A stretch of 64,000 nucleotides of DNA, taken from contig CAVPWY010000019.1 of NCBI GenBank assembly GCA_963709535.1, positions 19,057 to 83,056 of the forward strand, written 5' to 3'. The stretch comes from an uncultured Chloroflexia bacterium (lineage in GTDB: Bacteria > Chloroflexota > Anaerolineae > Anaerolineales > Anaerolineaceae). The notes beneath the pieces are model-generated. The model made no database searches. It was not told the origin of the DNA and saw nothing but the letters and a program-made list of their open reading frames with translations. Position numbers and translations under genes: made by a program. Below, piece by piece: positions 33,139 to 44,422 of this stretch (position 1 is the first letter of the stretch; each line of letters begins with the position of its first letter).

Positions 33139-33801
33139 CTACGCTTTGCCTAATTCTTTTTCCAATTCAAGGACGGAGTCCAACATTTCTTTTGATGTTT
33201 TAGTTACTTTCCCGCCCAGAGTACTGATTGCGTCTGCCAGAACACCAAAAACTGCTCCAATTTCTGATTGGTATTGGGTGATCGATTCAGCTTTATATCC
33301 CACTTGGACGATTCCCGGCTGATCGATGCGGGATACACCGACAAATTTAAACATCGTCTTATCTATATCTCTGAACTGGATAGATTGTGTAACTACTCCA
33401 TCTTTTTGGGTGATCAACTTTCGAAAAACAAAAGCCTGGGCTTTCGGATCATCCGGAAAACGCCAGCCATATGCCGCTTCGATATTTGAACCGACAGTGA
33501 CTGCATCTTCATCCGTAATATAGATTTCATCCACATTGATCCACCTTGCATATTCTGCGATTTTCGGCTGGTCCAGAGTGAAACCACCACAAGCCAGGAC
33601 ATTTGCCAGTAATCTGCAGTTGGAGGTCATTTGAGAATCAAGGATTTTTTCCATCATAACGCGAATACCGGATGCAGCATGCGCCGATTCAATCGCAGCA
33701 TTGATCGCGATAATATTAATTTCTGCAGAAGCATCCTTCATGTTTGCGGCGGCATTTTTTTGCTTATCGATAAAGCCGATAATTTTATCGCGATCTTCCA
33801 T
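33139..33801 (-). CDS. soluble protein with an MCP-like signalling-domain motif, otherwise unknown
   Basis: N-terminal SAEINIIAINAAIESAHAA resembles the conserved MCP signalling segment (NLLALNAAIEAARAGE). No TM helix and no HAMP domain. Immediately upstream of the flotillin gene on the same strand. Confidence 0.5.
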   Translation of the reverse strand: MEDRDKIIGFIDKQKNAAANMKDASAEINIIAINAAIESAHAASGIRVMMEKILDSQMTSNCRLLANVLACGGFTLDQPKIAEYARWINVDEIYITDEDAVTVGSNIEAAYGWRFPDDPKAQAFVFRKLITQKDGVVTQSIQFRDIDKTMFKFVGVSRIDQPGIVQVGYKAESITQYQSEIGAVFGVLADAISTLGGKVTKTSKEMLDSVLELEKELGKA

Positions 33802-34023
33802 AACCTCTCCTATTACAAATCAATATATTCGCAAAATTCATTATCATCCTTAATTTCATATTTTTCCCTAAAGATTGCGTAAATAATGGTTGAAATATAG
33901 AATCAGTTAATATTTGATAGCAAGGCATAATCGTTTCATTGTGAGAACTTCGAAAATTCACAATTTTTGTAAACTAGATAATTAAGATATCTATATAATA
34001 TTAATTTGGGAGGTTTTTTTTTC

Positions 34024-34431
34024 ATGATTAGAATTATTTTTGGAATCTTCATTATTTTCCATGGCCTGGTTCACTTGTTGTATTTTGGCCAAAGTGCCAA
34101 ATTCTTTGAGCTGCAACCGGGTATGGTTTGGCCATCCGGATCGTGGGCATTTTCAAGATTGTTTAGTGATGGAACCACCAGGATCCTTGCAAATATTTCG
34201 CTCGTTTTGACAGCAATTGGCTTTGCTGTAGGCGGATTGGCACTACTTTTTAAGCAAGCCTGGTTTCAACCTGTTGTTGCTGGAGCAGCTATTTTATCCA
34301 TCTTGACCTATATCCTTTTCTGGAATGGGAAAATGCTGAATTTGGATAACCAGGGCGGGGTTGGCATTTTGATCGATATGGCAATTCTGGGATCCGTGTT
34401 TGTTCTCCTGAAATCGTACCTCAAGATTTAA
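34024..34431 (+). CDS. small membrane protein (4 TM)
   Basis: GGGAGG RBS with the ATG at 34024. The listed ORF start at 34006 is a TTG lying inside the RBS. Confidence 0.5.
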   Translation: MIRIIFGIFIIFHGLVHLLYFGQSAKFFELQPGMVWPSGSWAFSRLFSDGTTRILANISLVLTAIGFAVGGLALLFKQAWFQPVVAGAAILSILTYILFWNGKMLNLDNQGGVGILIDMAILGSVFVLLKSYLKI

Positions 34432-34535
34432 ACCAGTTTTCCTTTTAATTTCCCTCACAATTCCTATCCGTCCTCCATAGGTGGATAGGAATTTCTATTT
34501 CCCATTCTACACAATAGACATTCATCCATAGCGCT

Positions 34536-36062
34536 ATGCTATCCTTTATGCAATATCAACCATATATTACCAAAACACGGCAGGCTGAGATGATTAATTC
34601 AAAAAAATATGAGACCCTGGACCCTGAAAATTGGGATGAGATGCGAACTCTTGCTCATCGCATGGTGGACGATGCGATCACTTATCTCGAAACGGTAGGC
34701 GAACGTCCCGTCTGGAAACAAGTGCCGGTTGAGATCGCTGATCGTTTCAAAGCTCCCGCCCCGCATGCTCCCGAAGGTGCTGAGGCAGTATATAAAGAAT
34801 TTTCAGAAAATATATTTCCTTATCCGATGGGAAATATCCACCCCCGTTTTTGGGGTTGGTATATGGGGGCAGGCACAGTATTTGGCGCACTCGCAGATTT
34901 CATGGCTTCGATCATGAATCCCAACCTTGCAGGCGGCAATCATGCGGCCAATTTGGTCGAAGAACAGGTGATCAAATGGATGAAAGACATGCTGGGTTTC
35001 CCTGAAGGATCAAGCGGGTTACTGGTCAGCGGTGGCTCCATGGCAAATTTCGCCGGTCTGGCAGTTGCCAGGAACGAAAAAGCGGGTTTTAACGTTCGTG
35101 AAATGGGAATGCAGGCAGCCCCGCAAAAAATGACGGTATACGCATCCAATGAGGTCCATAGCAGTGTGCAAAAAGCTGTTGAGTTGCTAGGCTTCGGCAG
35201 CGCTGCTTTTCGGAAAATTCCTGTAAACGGTGATTATGCCATCGATCTGGATGCATTAAAAAAAGCCATTACAGAAGATCGTACAGCTGGATTTCGCCCG
35301 GTGTGTATTGTGGGTTGCGCAGGAACCATTAACACCGGTGCAGTGGATGATCTGAATGCTTTAGCTGATCTATGCGCGAAAGACGATATCTGGTTCCATG
35401 TGGATGGAGCCATCGGAGCTGTCGCTGTTTTGGCCAAAATCATCAAACCGCAATTAGCGGGAATTGAACGGGCAGATTCAGTTGCCCTTGATCTTCATAA
35501 ATGGATGCACATCCCATTCGAAGCCGGATGTGTCCTGGTGCGGTCAGATAAAGCCCATCGCCGGACTTTTTCTCTGACCCCGGAATATCTTGCCCATGAA
35601 ACCCGCGGCCTGGCTTCCGGGCACATCTGGTTTAGTGATTACGGATTGCAGCTTTCCCGACAATTTCGTGCTTTGAAAGTGTGGATGTCGATCAAGGAGC
35701 ACGGGCTTGATCGCTTTGGGAGGATGATCACGCGAAACGTGGAGCAGGCACATTACTTCGGTCGACTGGTTGAGGCTGAACCAAATATGGAATTATTAGC
35801 TCCCATTGGCATGGATATCGTCTGCTTCCGCTTCAACCCGGGCAGCATGAATGAAGACGCCATAAATGCTCTCAATAAAGAGATTTTGATGCAGCTCCAC
35901 GAGCAGGGAATAGCCGCACCCTCATATACGACCTTGAATGGCCGCTATTGTTTGCGAATAGCGATCGCCAATCACCGCAGCCAGCAGGAGGATTTTGAGG
36001 TGCTGGCCAAAGAAGTGGTCCGCATTGGGAAACAATTAGCCGAAAAAGCCGGTTTGAAATAA
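34536..36062 (+). CDS. group II PLP-dependent amino-acid decarboxylase (aromatic-L-amino-acid/serine/glutamate decarboxylase family)
   Basis: [19 protein letters not shown] (PLP-Lys region) and a SGGSMAN-type segment; 508 aa. The start could instead be the ATG at 34593. Confidence 0.85.
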   Translation: MLSFMQYQPYITKTRQAEMINSKKYETLDPENWDEMRTLAHRMVDDAITYLETVGERPVWKQVPVEIADRFKAPAPHAPEGAEAVYKEFSENIFPYPMGNIHPRFWGWYMGAGTVFGALADFMASIMNPNLAGGNHAANLVEEQVIKWMKDMLGFPEGSSGLLVSGGSMANFAGLAVARNEKAGFNVREMGMQAAPQKMTVYASNEVHSSVQKAVELLGFGSAAFRKIPVNGDYAIDLDALKKAITEDRTAGFRPVCIVGCAGTINTGAVDDLNALADLCAKDDIWFHVDGAIGAVAVLAKIIKPQLAGIERADSVALDLHKWMHIPFEAGCVLVRSDKAHRRTFSLTPEYLAHETRGLASGHIWFSDYGLQLSRQFRALKVWMSIKEHGLDRFGRMITRNVEQAHYFGRLVEAEPNMELLAPIGMDIVCFRFNPGSMNEDAINALNKEILMQLHEQGIAAPSYTTLNGRYCLRIAIANHRSQQEDFEVLAKEVVRIGKQLAEKAGLK

Positions 36063-36085
36063 ACACGAAATCAGGGTGATCATTC

Positions 36086-36685
36086 ATGTTGATTGATTCA
36101 ATATTTCGCGTGATATTCCTGCTGGTTTTTCTTACATCTGTCGGAATTTCTGGTTTCTACCGCAGACGAGCCCGGCAATCAGGTGAGGTTATCCCCAGGC
36201 GAGCTGAGGGATCTCTTATTCTAATTCTCAGAATGGTAATGGCGTTAACTGTGGCTGCATCATTCTTTGCTTATGTATTTGCACCTTCGTGGCTCTCCTG
36301 GTCTTACTGGTTCCTTCCACTCTGGGTAAGGTTTTTTGGAGCGTTCATTTCCATGCTCTGCATACCAGCAATTCGTTGGGTGTTTGTGAGTATCGGCAAT
36401 AACATTTCTGAAACAGTGCTAACCAAGAGCACCCATCAACTGGTAATGGTGGGTCCCTATCGTTGGATTCGGCACCCCCTCTACGCCTTTGCACTCCTCG
36501 AGTTGTTTGCGCTGGCTCTCGTCGCAAGCAATTGGTTCCTATTCATATTTCCGTGCATCGTGGCTATTGTATTCAGGCTGTTTGTCATTCCAATAGAAGA
36601 AGCAAACCTGATCAAGTTGTTTGGCAAACGATATGAAGATTACAGGCAACACACAGGCGCCTTGTTCCCATTAATAAATATTTAG
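36086..36685 (+). CDS. membrane methyltransferase of the ICMT/phospholipid N-methyltransferase (PEMT) superfamily
   Basis: VGPYRWIRHPLY...IPIEEANLIKLFGKRYEDYRQ C-terminal SAM-binding motif; 5-6 TM helices; 24 nt downstream of the decarboxylase. Confidence 0.75.
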   Translation: MLIDSIFRVIFLLVFLTSVGISGFYRRRARQSGEVIPRRAEGSLILILRMVMALTVAASFFAYVFAPSWLSWSYWFLPLWVRFFGAFISMLCIPAIRWVFVSIGNNISETVLTKSTHQLVMVGPYRWIRHPLYAFALLELFALALVASNWFLFIFPCIVAIVFRLFVIPIEEANLIKLFGKRYEDYRQHTGALFPLINI

Positions 36686-36794
36686 ATATCTGGATGATGA
36701 TCCAGAATAGTCAATCTCATTTTCACTCTATGGCATAATTAAATGGTCATACAAGGTTTCAGTAATCATGCCAATTTAATAAAGGGTGAATATA

Positions 36795-37555
36795 ATGGAT
36801 AACAGTGAAAATCTCAGTGAATACGCAGATCCTGAAATTTATGATCTGGAAAATCAGGATTTTACGCCCGATGGTCAATTCTTTCTCGATTATGCAAAGA
36901 AGGTCAGTGGATCAGTCCTTGAGCTTGGTTGCGGTAGTGGCAGAGTAACCATTCCACTTGCGCAAAATGAAGTACCGATCACCGGGCTTGATATAGTCCC
37001 CGCAATGATTGAAAAAGCAAAACAAAAAGCGGGTGGCTTGCCCATTCAATGGGTGGTTGATGATATTCGCAGTTTTCACCTGGATCAGAAATATCCGTTA
37101 ATTTTTGAAACAGGGAGTGTATTCCACCACCTTCTTACCAGACTGGACCAGGAGCAATATCTTGCCAGAGTAAGGGAACACCTCGATGATGAGGTAAGTT
37201 TATCCTTTGCCTCATATTCCCACACCCCGAATTACTGGTCTCAGATGAAGTGGAGAAGGAATGGATTCGGTATGAAGGAAAGAATGGGCAAATCATAATC
37301 GTGTCAGGAACTGATCTATATGACCCTCTTCAGCAGGTGAAACTGGAGACAGCATATCGCAGGTGGATGGATGAAAGCGGGCAGGAGGTCCTCAAAATTG
37401 CTCCGCTACATTTACGTTATACATATCCTCAAGAAATGGATATGCTGTTGAATTACAACGGATTTGATATAGTCGAGAAATTTGGTGATTGGGATCATAG
37501 CCCTCTAACTGGTACAAGCAGATTCATGATTTATGTTTGCAGCAAACGAAAATGA
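36795..37555 (+). CDS. class I SAM-dependent methyltransferase, frameshifted near 37260
   Basis: VLELGCGSGRVT (motif I) in ORF 36786..37298; the C-terminal part lies in ORF 37250..37555. Confidence 0.7.
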
Positions 37556-37735
37556 AGTTCAATCACTCCTTAATTATTGGGAGTCCATAGATTTTTGATA
37601 CACACAGTTATAGAATTCTTGTCATTGAATAATAGTAGCTAAAATGAATATAATGAATATAACGAATCGCTACATCATGGCAAGACTAACCATTAATTAT
37701 TGACGATGCCAAAATCGTCAACTGGAGGGATAAAG

Positions 37736-38128
37736 ATGAAAGGTTTTGTAAAAAATATCGAGGATATTGCAGTAAAGAATAAGGATTTCCGCCAGGTTCT
37801 TTACACAGCAAAGAATACTCAGCTCGTTGTCATGTCCTTAAAACCAAAAGAAGAGATCGGAATGGAAGTTCACCACCTCGATCAGTTCTTTCGTGTCGAA
37901 GAAGGGTCGGGAGAAGCCATTTTGGATGGTGTTCACAATTCCATTAAGGCAGGGTTCGCAGTCCTGGTTCCGGCTGGAGCGAATCACAACATCATCAATA
38001 CTGGCAGCGTTCCCATGAAGCTCTATACCCTCTATTCACCTCCGAATCACCGCGATGGCGTGATCCACCATACCCACGCTGAAGCCGAGGCGGACAACGA
38101 AGAGTTTGACGGTAAAACCACGGAATAG
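37736..38128 (+). CDS. cupin-domain protein
   Basis: GMEVHHLDQFFRVEEGSGEAILDG...VLVPAGANHNIIN two-motif cupin signature. Confidence 0.7.
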   Translation: MKGFVKNIEDIAVKNKDFRQVLYTAKNTQLVVMSLKPKEEIGMEVHHLDQFFRVEEGSGEAILDGVHNSIKAGFAVLVPAGANHNIINTGSVPMKLYTLYSPPNHRDGVIHHTHAEAEADNEEFDGKTTE

Positions 38129-38444
38129 AGATCTTCCCTGTCACCAAGTTGATTCTCAGGTTTGATGAGAATTTTCAAATTTTGAGATAATTTAATTCAC
38201 TCATTCAGCCCGATTAAGCTGGTTGTATAACTCTGCGCTTTACTCTTTCCGGGCAGATGTTTACAATACTAATGAAGTTGAGTAATACAGGCTGAATGTT
38301 ATTGATCATTGAGCGAATAAAACGTTTTTGCACATTGCACAACAAATATTTCTATATTTGATGTGCAGATGTGCCGGGCGTTTTTATTTTACCGCTTGGT
38401 TATTAAATTGATCATTTATGCGTAGAGATATGTAGGGGTTTAAC

Positions 38445-39693
38445 ATGGTCCAAAAGATAGAGACAATAATTATCGGTGGAGGACAGGCCGGACTTGCAAC
38501 CAGCTATTATTTAAACCAGCTTGGATTAGAAAATATTGTTCTTGAGCAGGCCGCCAAAGCCGGCAATGCCTGGCGCAACGAACGCTGGGACTCCTTTACC
38601 CTTCTCACCCCCAATTGGTCGTTTCAACTTCCCGGCGCAGGGTATCAAGATCAGTCTCCCGATGGATTCATGCCACGGGAAGAAATCGCCAGTCGTTTCG
38701 ATAAATACATCGAGAAATTCCTCCTCCCTGTCAATTACCATGGTGCGGGTCAATTCTGTCGAACAGAATGGTAATGGCTATTTGGTTAAGACAAAGGATA
38801 CCGTCTGGGAAGCGCAAAATGTCGTGATAGCCACGGGGCTCTTTCAGGGAGCCAAAATACCAGTTTTCAGCACAGGAATTTCTGCAGACATCCTGCAGCT
38901 TCACTCTGGTGAATACCGCAACCCGCAATCTCTCCCCGCCGGTGGAGTTTTGGTGGTCGGTTCTGCCCAATCCGGCTGTCAAATTGCTGAAGAGTTATAC
39001 CAGAGCGGAAGAAAGGTCTATCTATGCATAGGAACTGCGGGGCGTGTTCCGCGTCGTTACCGCGGAAAGGACGTCTACGAATGGATGCATCTCAGTGGAT
39101 TTTTGGATCGGACTGTGGACAAACTTCCATCACCAGGCGCCAAGTTTTGGGGTAATCCGCATGTGACCGGAAAAGATGGTGGACGGACACTTAACTTACA
39201 TCAATTTGCCCGGGACGGGGTCGTTCTGCTCGGGCGTCTTCAGAATGCGCGGGATGATATGGTCTGGTTAGCCCCTGATCTGAAAGAGAATTTAGCCAAA
39301 ATTGACAAATTCGAGACTGAGATTGTCAAAATGGTGGATGGATATATTTTACAGAATGGCATGAATGTGCCACCTGAAAAATTGCCTGGACTAACGGATG
39401 GTTATCAATCAAAGGAAATTACTGATATAAATCTGCGTTCAGCAGGTATCAAGACCATCATCTGGGCTGTGGGTTATAAATTCGATTTCTCACTTGTGAA
39501 ATTGCCTGTCTTCGACAACGATGGCTTTCCCATTCAGAAGCGTGGCGTGACGGACTACCCGGGGGTATTTTTTATGGGCTTGCCTTGGTTATATAAATAT
39601 AAATCCGGGCACCTCATCGGAGTTGGAGAAGATGCTAATTATATTGCGTCTGCAATTGCCAATCGACATTCACAGCCTTTCAACCGGCAATAA
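38445..39693 (+). CDS. FAD/NAD(P)-binding flavin monooxygenase-like oxidoreductase, frameshifted near 38760
   Basis: IIIGGGQAGLATSYYL dinucleotide motif (ORF 38445..38774) and a second GxGxxG (VVGSAQSGCQIAEEL) in ORF 38536..39693. Confidence 0.75.
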
Positions 39694-39906
39694 TTTTTCG
39701 TTTGTAGTGATCTAAATCCCCGAAACACCTCAAAGGTTTTCGAGTAATTACCATCTTGGATTGGGGGAAGACGAGTGAGTATTTATTTCCCCTTTCAGCA
39801 AGGCTGGCAATTTCTATAATTATGGCATAATTGCTAATGGTCAATCTCTCGTCTATATTCAACCTGACTGTCCCAATTAATAGAGAGAAAACACAACGAG
39901 GAAATC

Positions 39907-41080
39907 ATGAATGCAACGGACATCCTAACACAAGAACAGAAAGACGATCTGATCCAATTTACTCAAGACCTTATTAGAATCAAAAGCTTCTCCGGGCAGG
40001 AAGAGGAAATTGTTAAATTTATTGAGCAGAAAATGAAGGCTATCGGTTACGATGAAGTCATCATTGATTCCATGGGGAATGTCGTTGGCAGGATTGGCAG
40101 CGGCGAAAAAAGTATTCTGTTTGATTCCCATGTCGACACGGTCATGGTAAATGATGAAGAATTATGGGATGTTCCGCCATTCAGCGGACGGATCGAGGAC
40201 GGACGTCTATACGGCAGGGGTTCTGTCGATATGAAATCAGGCGCGGCAGCGTCAATTTTCGCCGGTGCGATTGCGAAGCAATATGGATTCGATTCTGGAA
40301 AGACCATCTACGTTTCATGCGGGGTATTTGAGGAAGATTGTGATGGGGAAAACCTCAAGCATCTGATTTAAAGAGTTGAATATCAAACCCGACTATGTGG
40401 TAATTTGTGAGCCATCAGGAAACAAAATTTCCCTTGGTCATAAAGGGAAAGCCCAGGTATCCATCAGAACACAAGGGGTTTCGGCGCATGGTTCCGCCCC
40501 CGAAAAGGGGATCAATGCCATATATGAAATGGCTGAGATCATTCAACGGGTCGAAAAAACAAACCTGGAACTTATGAAGAAAAATGGCCGCCATGGCACC
40601 TTGGTATTGTCCAGAATTTCCAGCACCAGTGCATCCCTGAATGCCGTACCGTCAGAGTGCGAAATATACCTGGATAGAAGAATGGTAACGGGTGAAACTG
40701 CCGAGTTGATTAAACAGGAAATGGATCAACTGATTTTCGGTAAAAATGCATCCTGGGAAGTGGATACCATCCACAGAAAAAGTTGGACAGGCAAGGAAAT
40801 AGAATATAAACCGTTCCATCCTGCCTGGGAAATTGACCTGAAACACATGCTTTCCAAATCCTGCAGAGGAGCATACAAAGATGTTTTCGGGGCGGAACCG
40901 GATGAGTATGTCTATTGGGATTACAGTACCGATGCAGTCACTCCGGTGAGCATGGGAATCCCCACGATAGGTTTTGGCCCGGGCGAATACAAGCTGGCAC
41001 ATATGCGCAATGAAAATTGTGAAATTACCCAGATCAGCGATGCCTGCAGTTTTTATACTGCGCTGATACATCAGATCTGA
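39907..41080 (+). CDS. M20-family metallopeptidase/deacylase (ArgE/DapE/YgeY-like), frameshifted at TTT 40367..40369
   Basis: FDSHVDTV and GRGSVDMKSG motifs. The two ORFs join as ...NLKHLIKELNIKPDYVVICEPS if one T is removed from ctgatttaaag. Confidence 0.8.
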
Positions 41081-41304
41081 GCTGGGAGAGCCATTCTTCT
41101 ATCAGTACTTCCATGGGTGTTGACCTGGAGCGGATAATGGTATTCGCTGGATCGGGATTCACTACTATTTCTAAGTAAAACTGTTTTGGATTCCTCAAAA
41201 TATTCACTATAATTGTTTATCATGCCGTAAATGAATTGCCTGCAGTCACATATATCCATGATTCGAAGAACATTTAGCTCTTTTGGAAAGAGGGGATTTT
41301 GCAG

Positions 41305-42447
41305 ATGAAACTGATTCTAACAATAGTACTCATTGCTTTCTTATCAAGTGCCTGTGGCCTTCCTGGTGGAATAGCACCCAACACAGAAAATCCTCTACCT
41401 CCCACCACAGAAGTTGGACAAATATCTCCGTTGAATACCGAAATCCCGGTACCCGGACCGGTAAAACTGTATGATGATGTCAGGGAAAAAGACCTTTCCG
41501 TTTATGGTGTCAGCCTTGGAGAACCAACCATTTTGACCCTGTGGTTTAATAAGACCACAAAATGGTTCGGAAACGATGGCAGCATAGCCCAACGTATCCT
41601 GGAGATCGGGAAGAATCCCGGTCTGGGGGTTCGCGGTCTGCACTCACGCGGAGTTACTGGAAAAGGGGTTAATGTTGCCATTATCGATCAAAATATGTTG
41701 ACCGACCACCCGGAATTCATTGGCAAGGTAGTCAAGTATAAAGATTTTGGTACAAAACAAAGCCCGAATGAAGGCAGCATGCATGGTCCTGCGGTGACCA
41801 GTTTGTTGGTGGGTGAAACCATCGGCACAGCGCCGGATGCCAGTGTCTATTATGCATCTGCACCTTCCTGGCTGGGGGATGCTCAATATTATGCAGATGC
41901 CCTGATATGGATCATTTCAGAAAACGCACTGCTGCCAGCAGATCAGAAGATCAGGGTGGTTTCTGTTTCAGCCGCTCCTTCGGGTCCGGGTACACCCTTC
42001 TCTAAAAACAACAAAGCCTGGGATGCAGCAGTGCAGGAAGCCACTGCGCAAGGTATATTAGTGTTGGATTGCTCAAATGATAGAGGGATCACTGCCCCAT
42101 GTCATTACACCATCACAGACCAGGAAAATCCTTCTGGATGTATTCCGGGCTATCCCGGGGTGGAGCAACTCCCAAAAACAGACAGGATTTTTATTCCGTC
42201 GTCATACCGTACAACAGCTGAAGAATATTACAAAGGTGATTATGATTATCAGTATGACGCCGCGGGGGGACTAAGCTGGACCACGCCATACCTGGCGGGT
42301 GTGCTGGCAATGGGTTGGCAGCTGCGACCGGACCTGACCGGAGACGAGTTATTGCAAATAATATATGATACTGCTTATAAATGGGATGAAAACATCAAGA
42401 TCATTGATCCGCCTGCTTTCATCGAAGGCGTGGAGGCTGCAGAATAA
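41305..42447 (+). CDS. S8-family (subtilisin-like) serine peptidase lipoprotein
   Basis: Lipobox FLSSAC; catalytic-triad-like VAIIDQN, SMHGPAV and GLSWTTPYLAG. Confidence 0.65.
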   Translation: MKLILTIVLIAFLSSACGLPGGIAPNTENPLPPTTEVGQISPLNTEIPVPGPVKLYDDVREKDLSVYGVSLGEPTILTLWFNKTTKWFGNDGSIAQRILEIGKNPGLGVRGLHSRGVTGKGVNVAIIDQNMLTDHPEFIGKVVKYKDFGTKQSPNEGSMHGPAVTSLLVGETIGTAPDASVYYASAPSWLGDAQYYADALIWIISENALLPADQKIRVVSVSAAPSGPGTPFSKNNKAWDAAVQEATAQGILVLDCSNDRGITAPCHYTITDQENPSGCIPGYPGVEQLPKTDRIFIPSSYRTTAEEYYKGDYDYQYDAAGGLSWTTPYLAGVLAMGWQLRPDLTGDELLQIIYDTAYKWDENIKIIDPPAFIEGVEAAE

Positions 42448-42540
42448 AACAATGAATCAACGGGAGAATTTATTACTCACTTTAAATACAACAATTGCCC
42501 AATTATTGGGTGTTTATAAAAATATATCGACCCGGATGTG

Positions 42541-42900
42541 ATGGTCTACGAATTATGGTCAGCAAAGGATATCCTTGCCCACCTGACTTTTTGGCATGAG
42601 AGCTTTTCCCGTAATGTTTTGGACCTGGCAAATGGAAGAAAACCGACAGTCCTCAAGGGTCGTTTGATCGACCTGAATCAGGGCGGTGTGGATGAGATGC
42701 GAACCGAGACCCTCGAAACGGTTGTTGATCGTTTTGTTCGTTCCCATCATGTGATTCAGGATAATATTCTCAACCCCGGGCTGATCATGATCCCTTACAG
42801 AAGAGGGTCGCGGGATTATACGCCTGAGGAACATTTGAGTGTCGTCGATGAACATATTAATCATCATTTGCGGGATGTTCAGAAAGCCACAGGAAGGTAA
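42541..42900 (+). CDS. ClbS/DfsB-family (DUF1706) four-helix-bundle protein
   Basis: WSAKDILAHLTFWHE... pattern; family assignment from memory. Confidence 0.55.
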   Translation: MVYELWSAKDILAHLTFWHESFSRNVLDLANGRKPTVLKGRLIDLNQGGVDEMRTETLETVVDRFVRSHHVIQDNILNPGLIMIPYRRGSRDYTPEEHLSVVDEHINHHLRDVQKATGR

Positions 42901-42902
42901 CC

Positions 42903-43397
42903 ATGGAATCATTTCAAGAATATGTAGATGAATACAGAAGACAAATGGAGAAGGGGGCTATCCAAAAAGCTTACAAGGGATTGATGGAATACATCATGGG
43001 TTTGAAGACCCACCTAAAAACCAAATACCCTGATTATTCCGTATCCGGCAGCATCTATTATGGATATATGGATATGACGTATTTTTCCTTCTTTCCGGAA
43101 TCATTCAAACAACGTGGCTTGAAAGTCGCGATAGTATTTATTCATGAGACCTGTAGATTCGAAATTTGGCTGGCAGGATATAACAAACAGGTTCAAGCAA
43201 CATATTGGAAATTATTTAACGACAGCGGCTGGGATAAATACCAGATCATCTCAACTGTGGAAGGTGCAGATTCCATTATTGAGTATAAGCTAACCGAAAA
43301 TCCGGATTTTAATGATTTGGAAGCATTAACCGCACAAATTGAAGGGGCAGCACTAAGTTTTATTAAGGATATTGAAACGTTCTTATCCTCGCACTAA
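42903..43397 (+). CDS. hypothetical protein, possibly translationally coupled to the ClbS-like gene
   Basis: 164-aa ORF starting 2 nt after the upstream stop (taaccATGg); no family recognised. Confidence 0.5.
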   Translation: MESFQEYVDEYRRQMEKGAIQKAYKGLMEYIMGLKTHLKTKYPDYSVSGSIYYGYMDMTYFSFFPESFKQRGLKVAIVFIHETCRFEIWLAGYNKQVQATYWKLFNDSGWDKYQIISTVEGADSIIEYKLTENPDFNDLEALTAQIEGAALSFIKDIETFLSSH

Positions 43398-43537
43398 CAT
43401 CGAACCTGAAACCATACTCCATTAACTGCCAACTACTGCCCCCTGGCGATATCCATCCAATAATTGAGATCATACTCCTGGAGCGGAGCACTGTGCATAT
43501 CCTCCAGGAAAAGGGCATCCATTTGGACTGAATCAGG

Positions 43538-44242
43538 GTGCAACATGCACCCGGATGATATTGTCCTGCGGGGTGTCGCCCAAGCCGGTCATCACAAGGG
43601 TCAACGGCAGCCAGCGATCACGCTGATAATACGGTGACAGGTTTCCCCATGCGCCTACATCGCCCGCAAAGATAATGACCGGTTTATGCTCGTGCTGCAG
43701 GTTTGAAGAATTTCTCCATCAGCGGATTGGCGCCATCTTTTTTCTGGCAATCCCATACATTGGGCATTGCCTGTTTATTTTTAAGCGCTTTCATTTCGGG
43801 ATTTTGGAAGACCAGCGTTTTATGCATGAACACAAAAATAAAGTGAGTTTCCGGGTCATGAATGGCATTGTTTAATTCCTGCTGCAGCATTTCGAGTTGG
43901 GGTTCATCCAGGCCGCACTTCCACCAGTTCGGTATCTAAAAATATTAGGCGGGCTGGTCCGTAGTCCTGGCCAAAATAGGTTTGCTTTCCGAAATAGCTT
44001 TCATATAAACTGGGATCATTGGCGACATCATGGTTGCCCGGTGTGTTATAGAGGGGAAATGGCAGTTTTTGCAGGAGGGTCATATCCAGATTACTGAAGT
44101 CAGTCTGGTTTTTCTGATACACCACATCACCTAGAGAAACCATAAAATCCGGTTTGGATGAAATTATTTCAGGCAGCCGCTGCAACAATAACTTGTCGGG
44201 CAGGTGGTCATCAATTGAAGGTGAACCATATAAATGACCCAC
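43538..44242 (-). CDS. calcineurin-like metallophosphoesterase, about two frameshifts
   Basis: The GDVVY and TPGNHDV motifs lie in ORF 43904..44242. It continues through ORF 43684..43890 and a third frame (KPVIIFAGD...) ending near 43538. Confidence 0.6.
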
Positions 44243-44422
44243 TACAAAGAAATCAAATTCTGCAGGTTCGCGAGTAGCTTTGCCTGATTATATTGGCAGC
44301 TTTCAAATATAACCATTCCCGTAATCCGGAAGGTAATCGCTCTGTGAACCACAGTCCTGTGAATAAAAGCCCAAGAAACACGATCAGGCCAATTGGGGCT
44401 GCGAAAAGTATTGATCTGCGTT

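Noticed and set aside
43398-43540. 29-codon ORF MDALFLEDMHSAPLQEYDLNYWMDIARGQ downstream of the metallophosphoesterase
   Set aside because: It is too short, has no RBS and lies in the region explained by the frameshifted C-terminus of the phosphoesterase.
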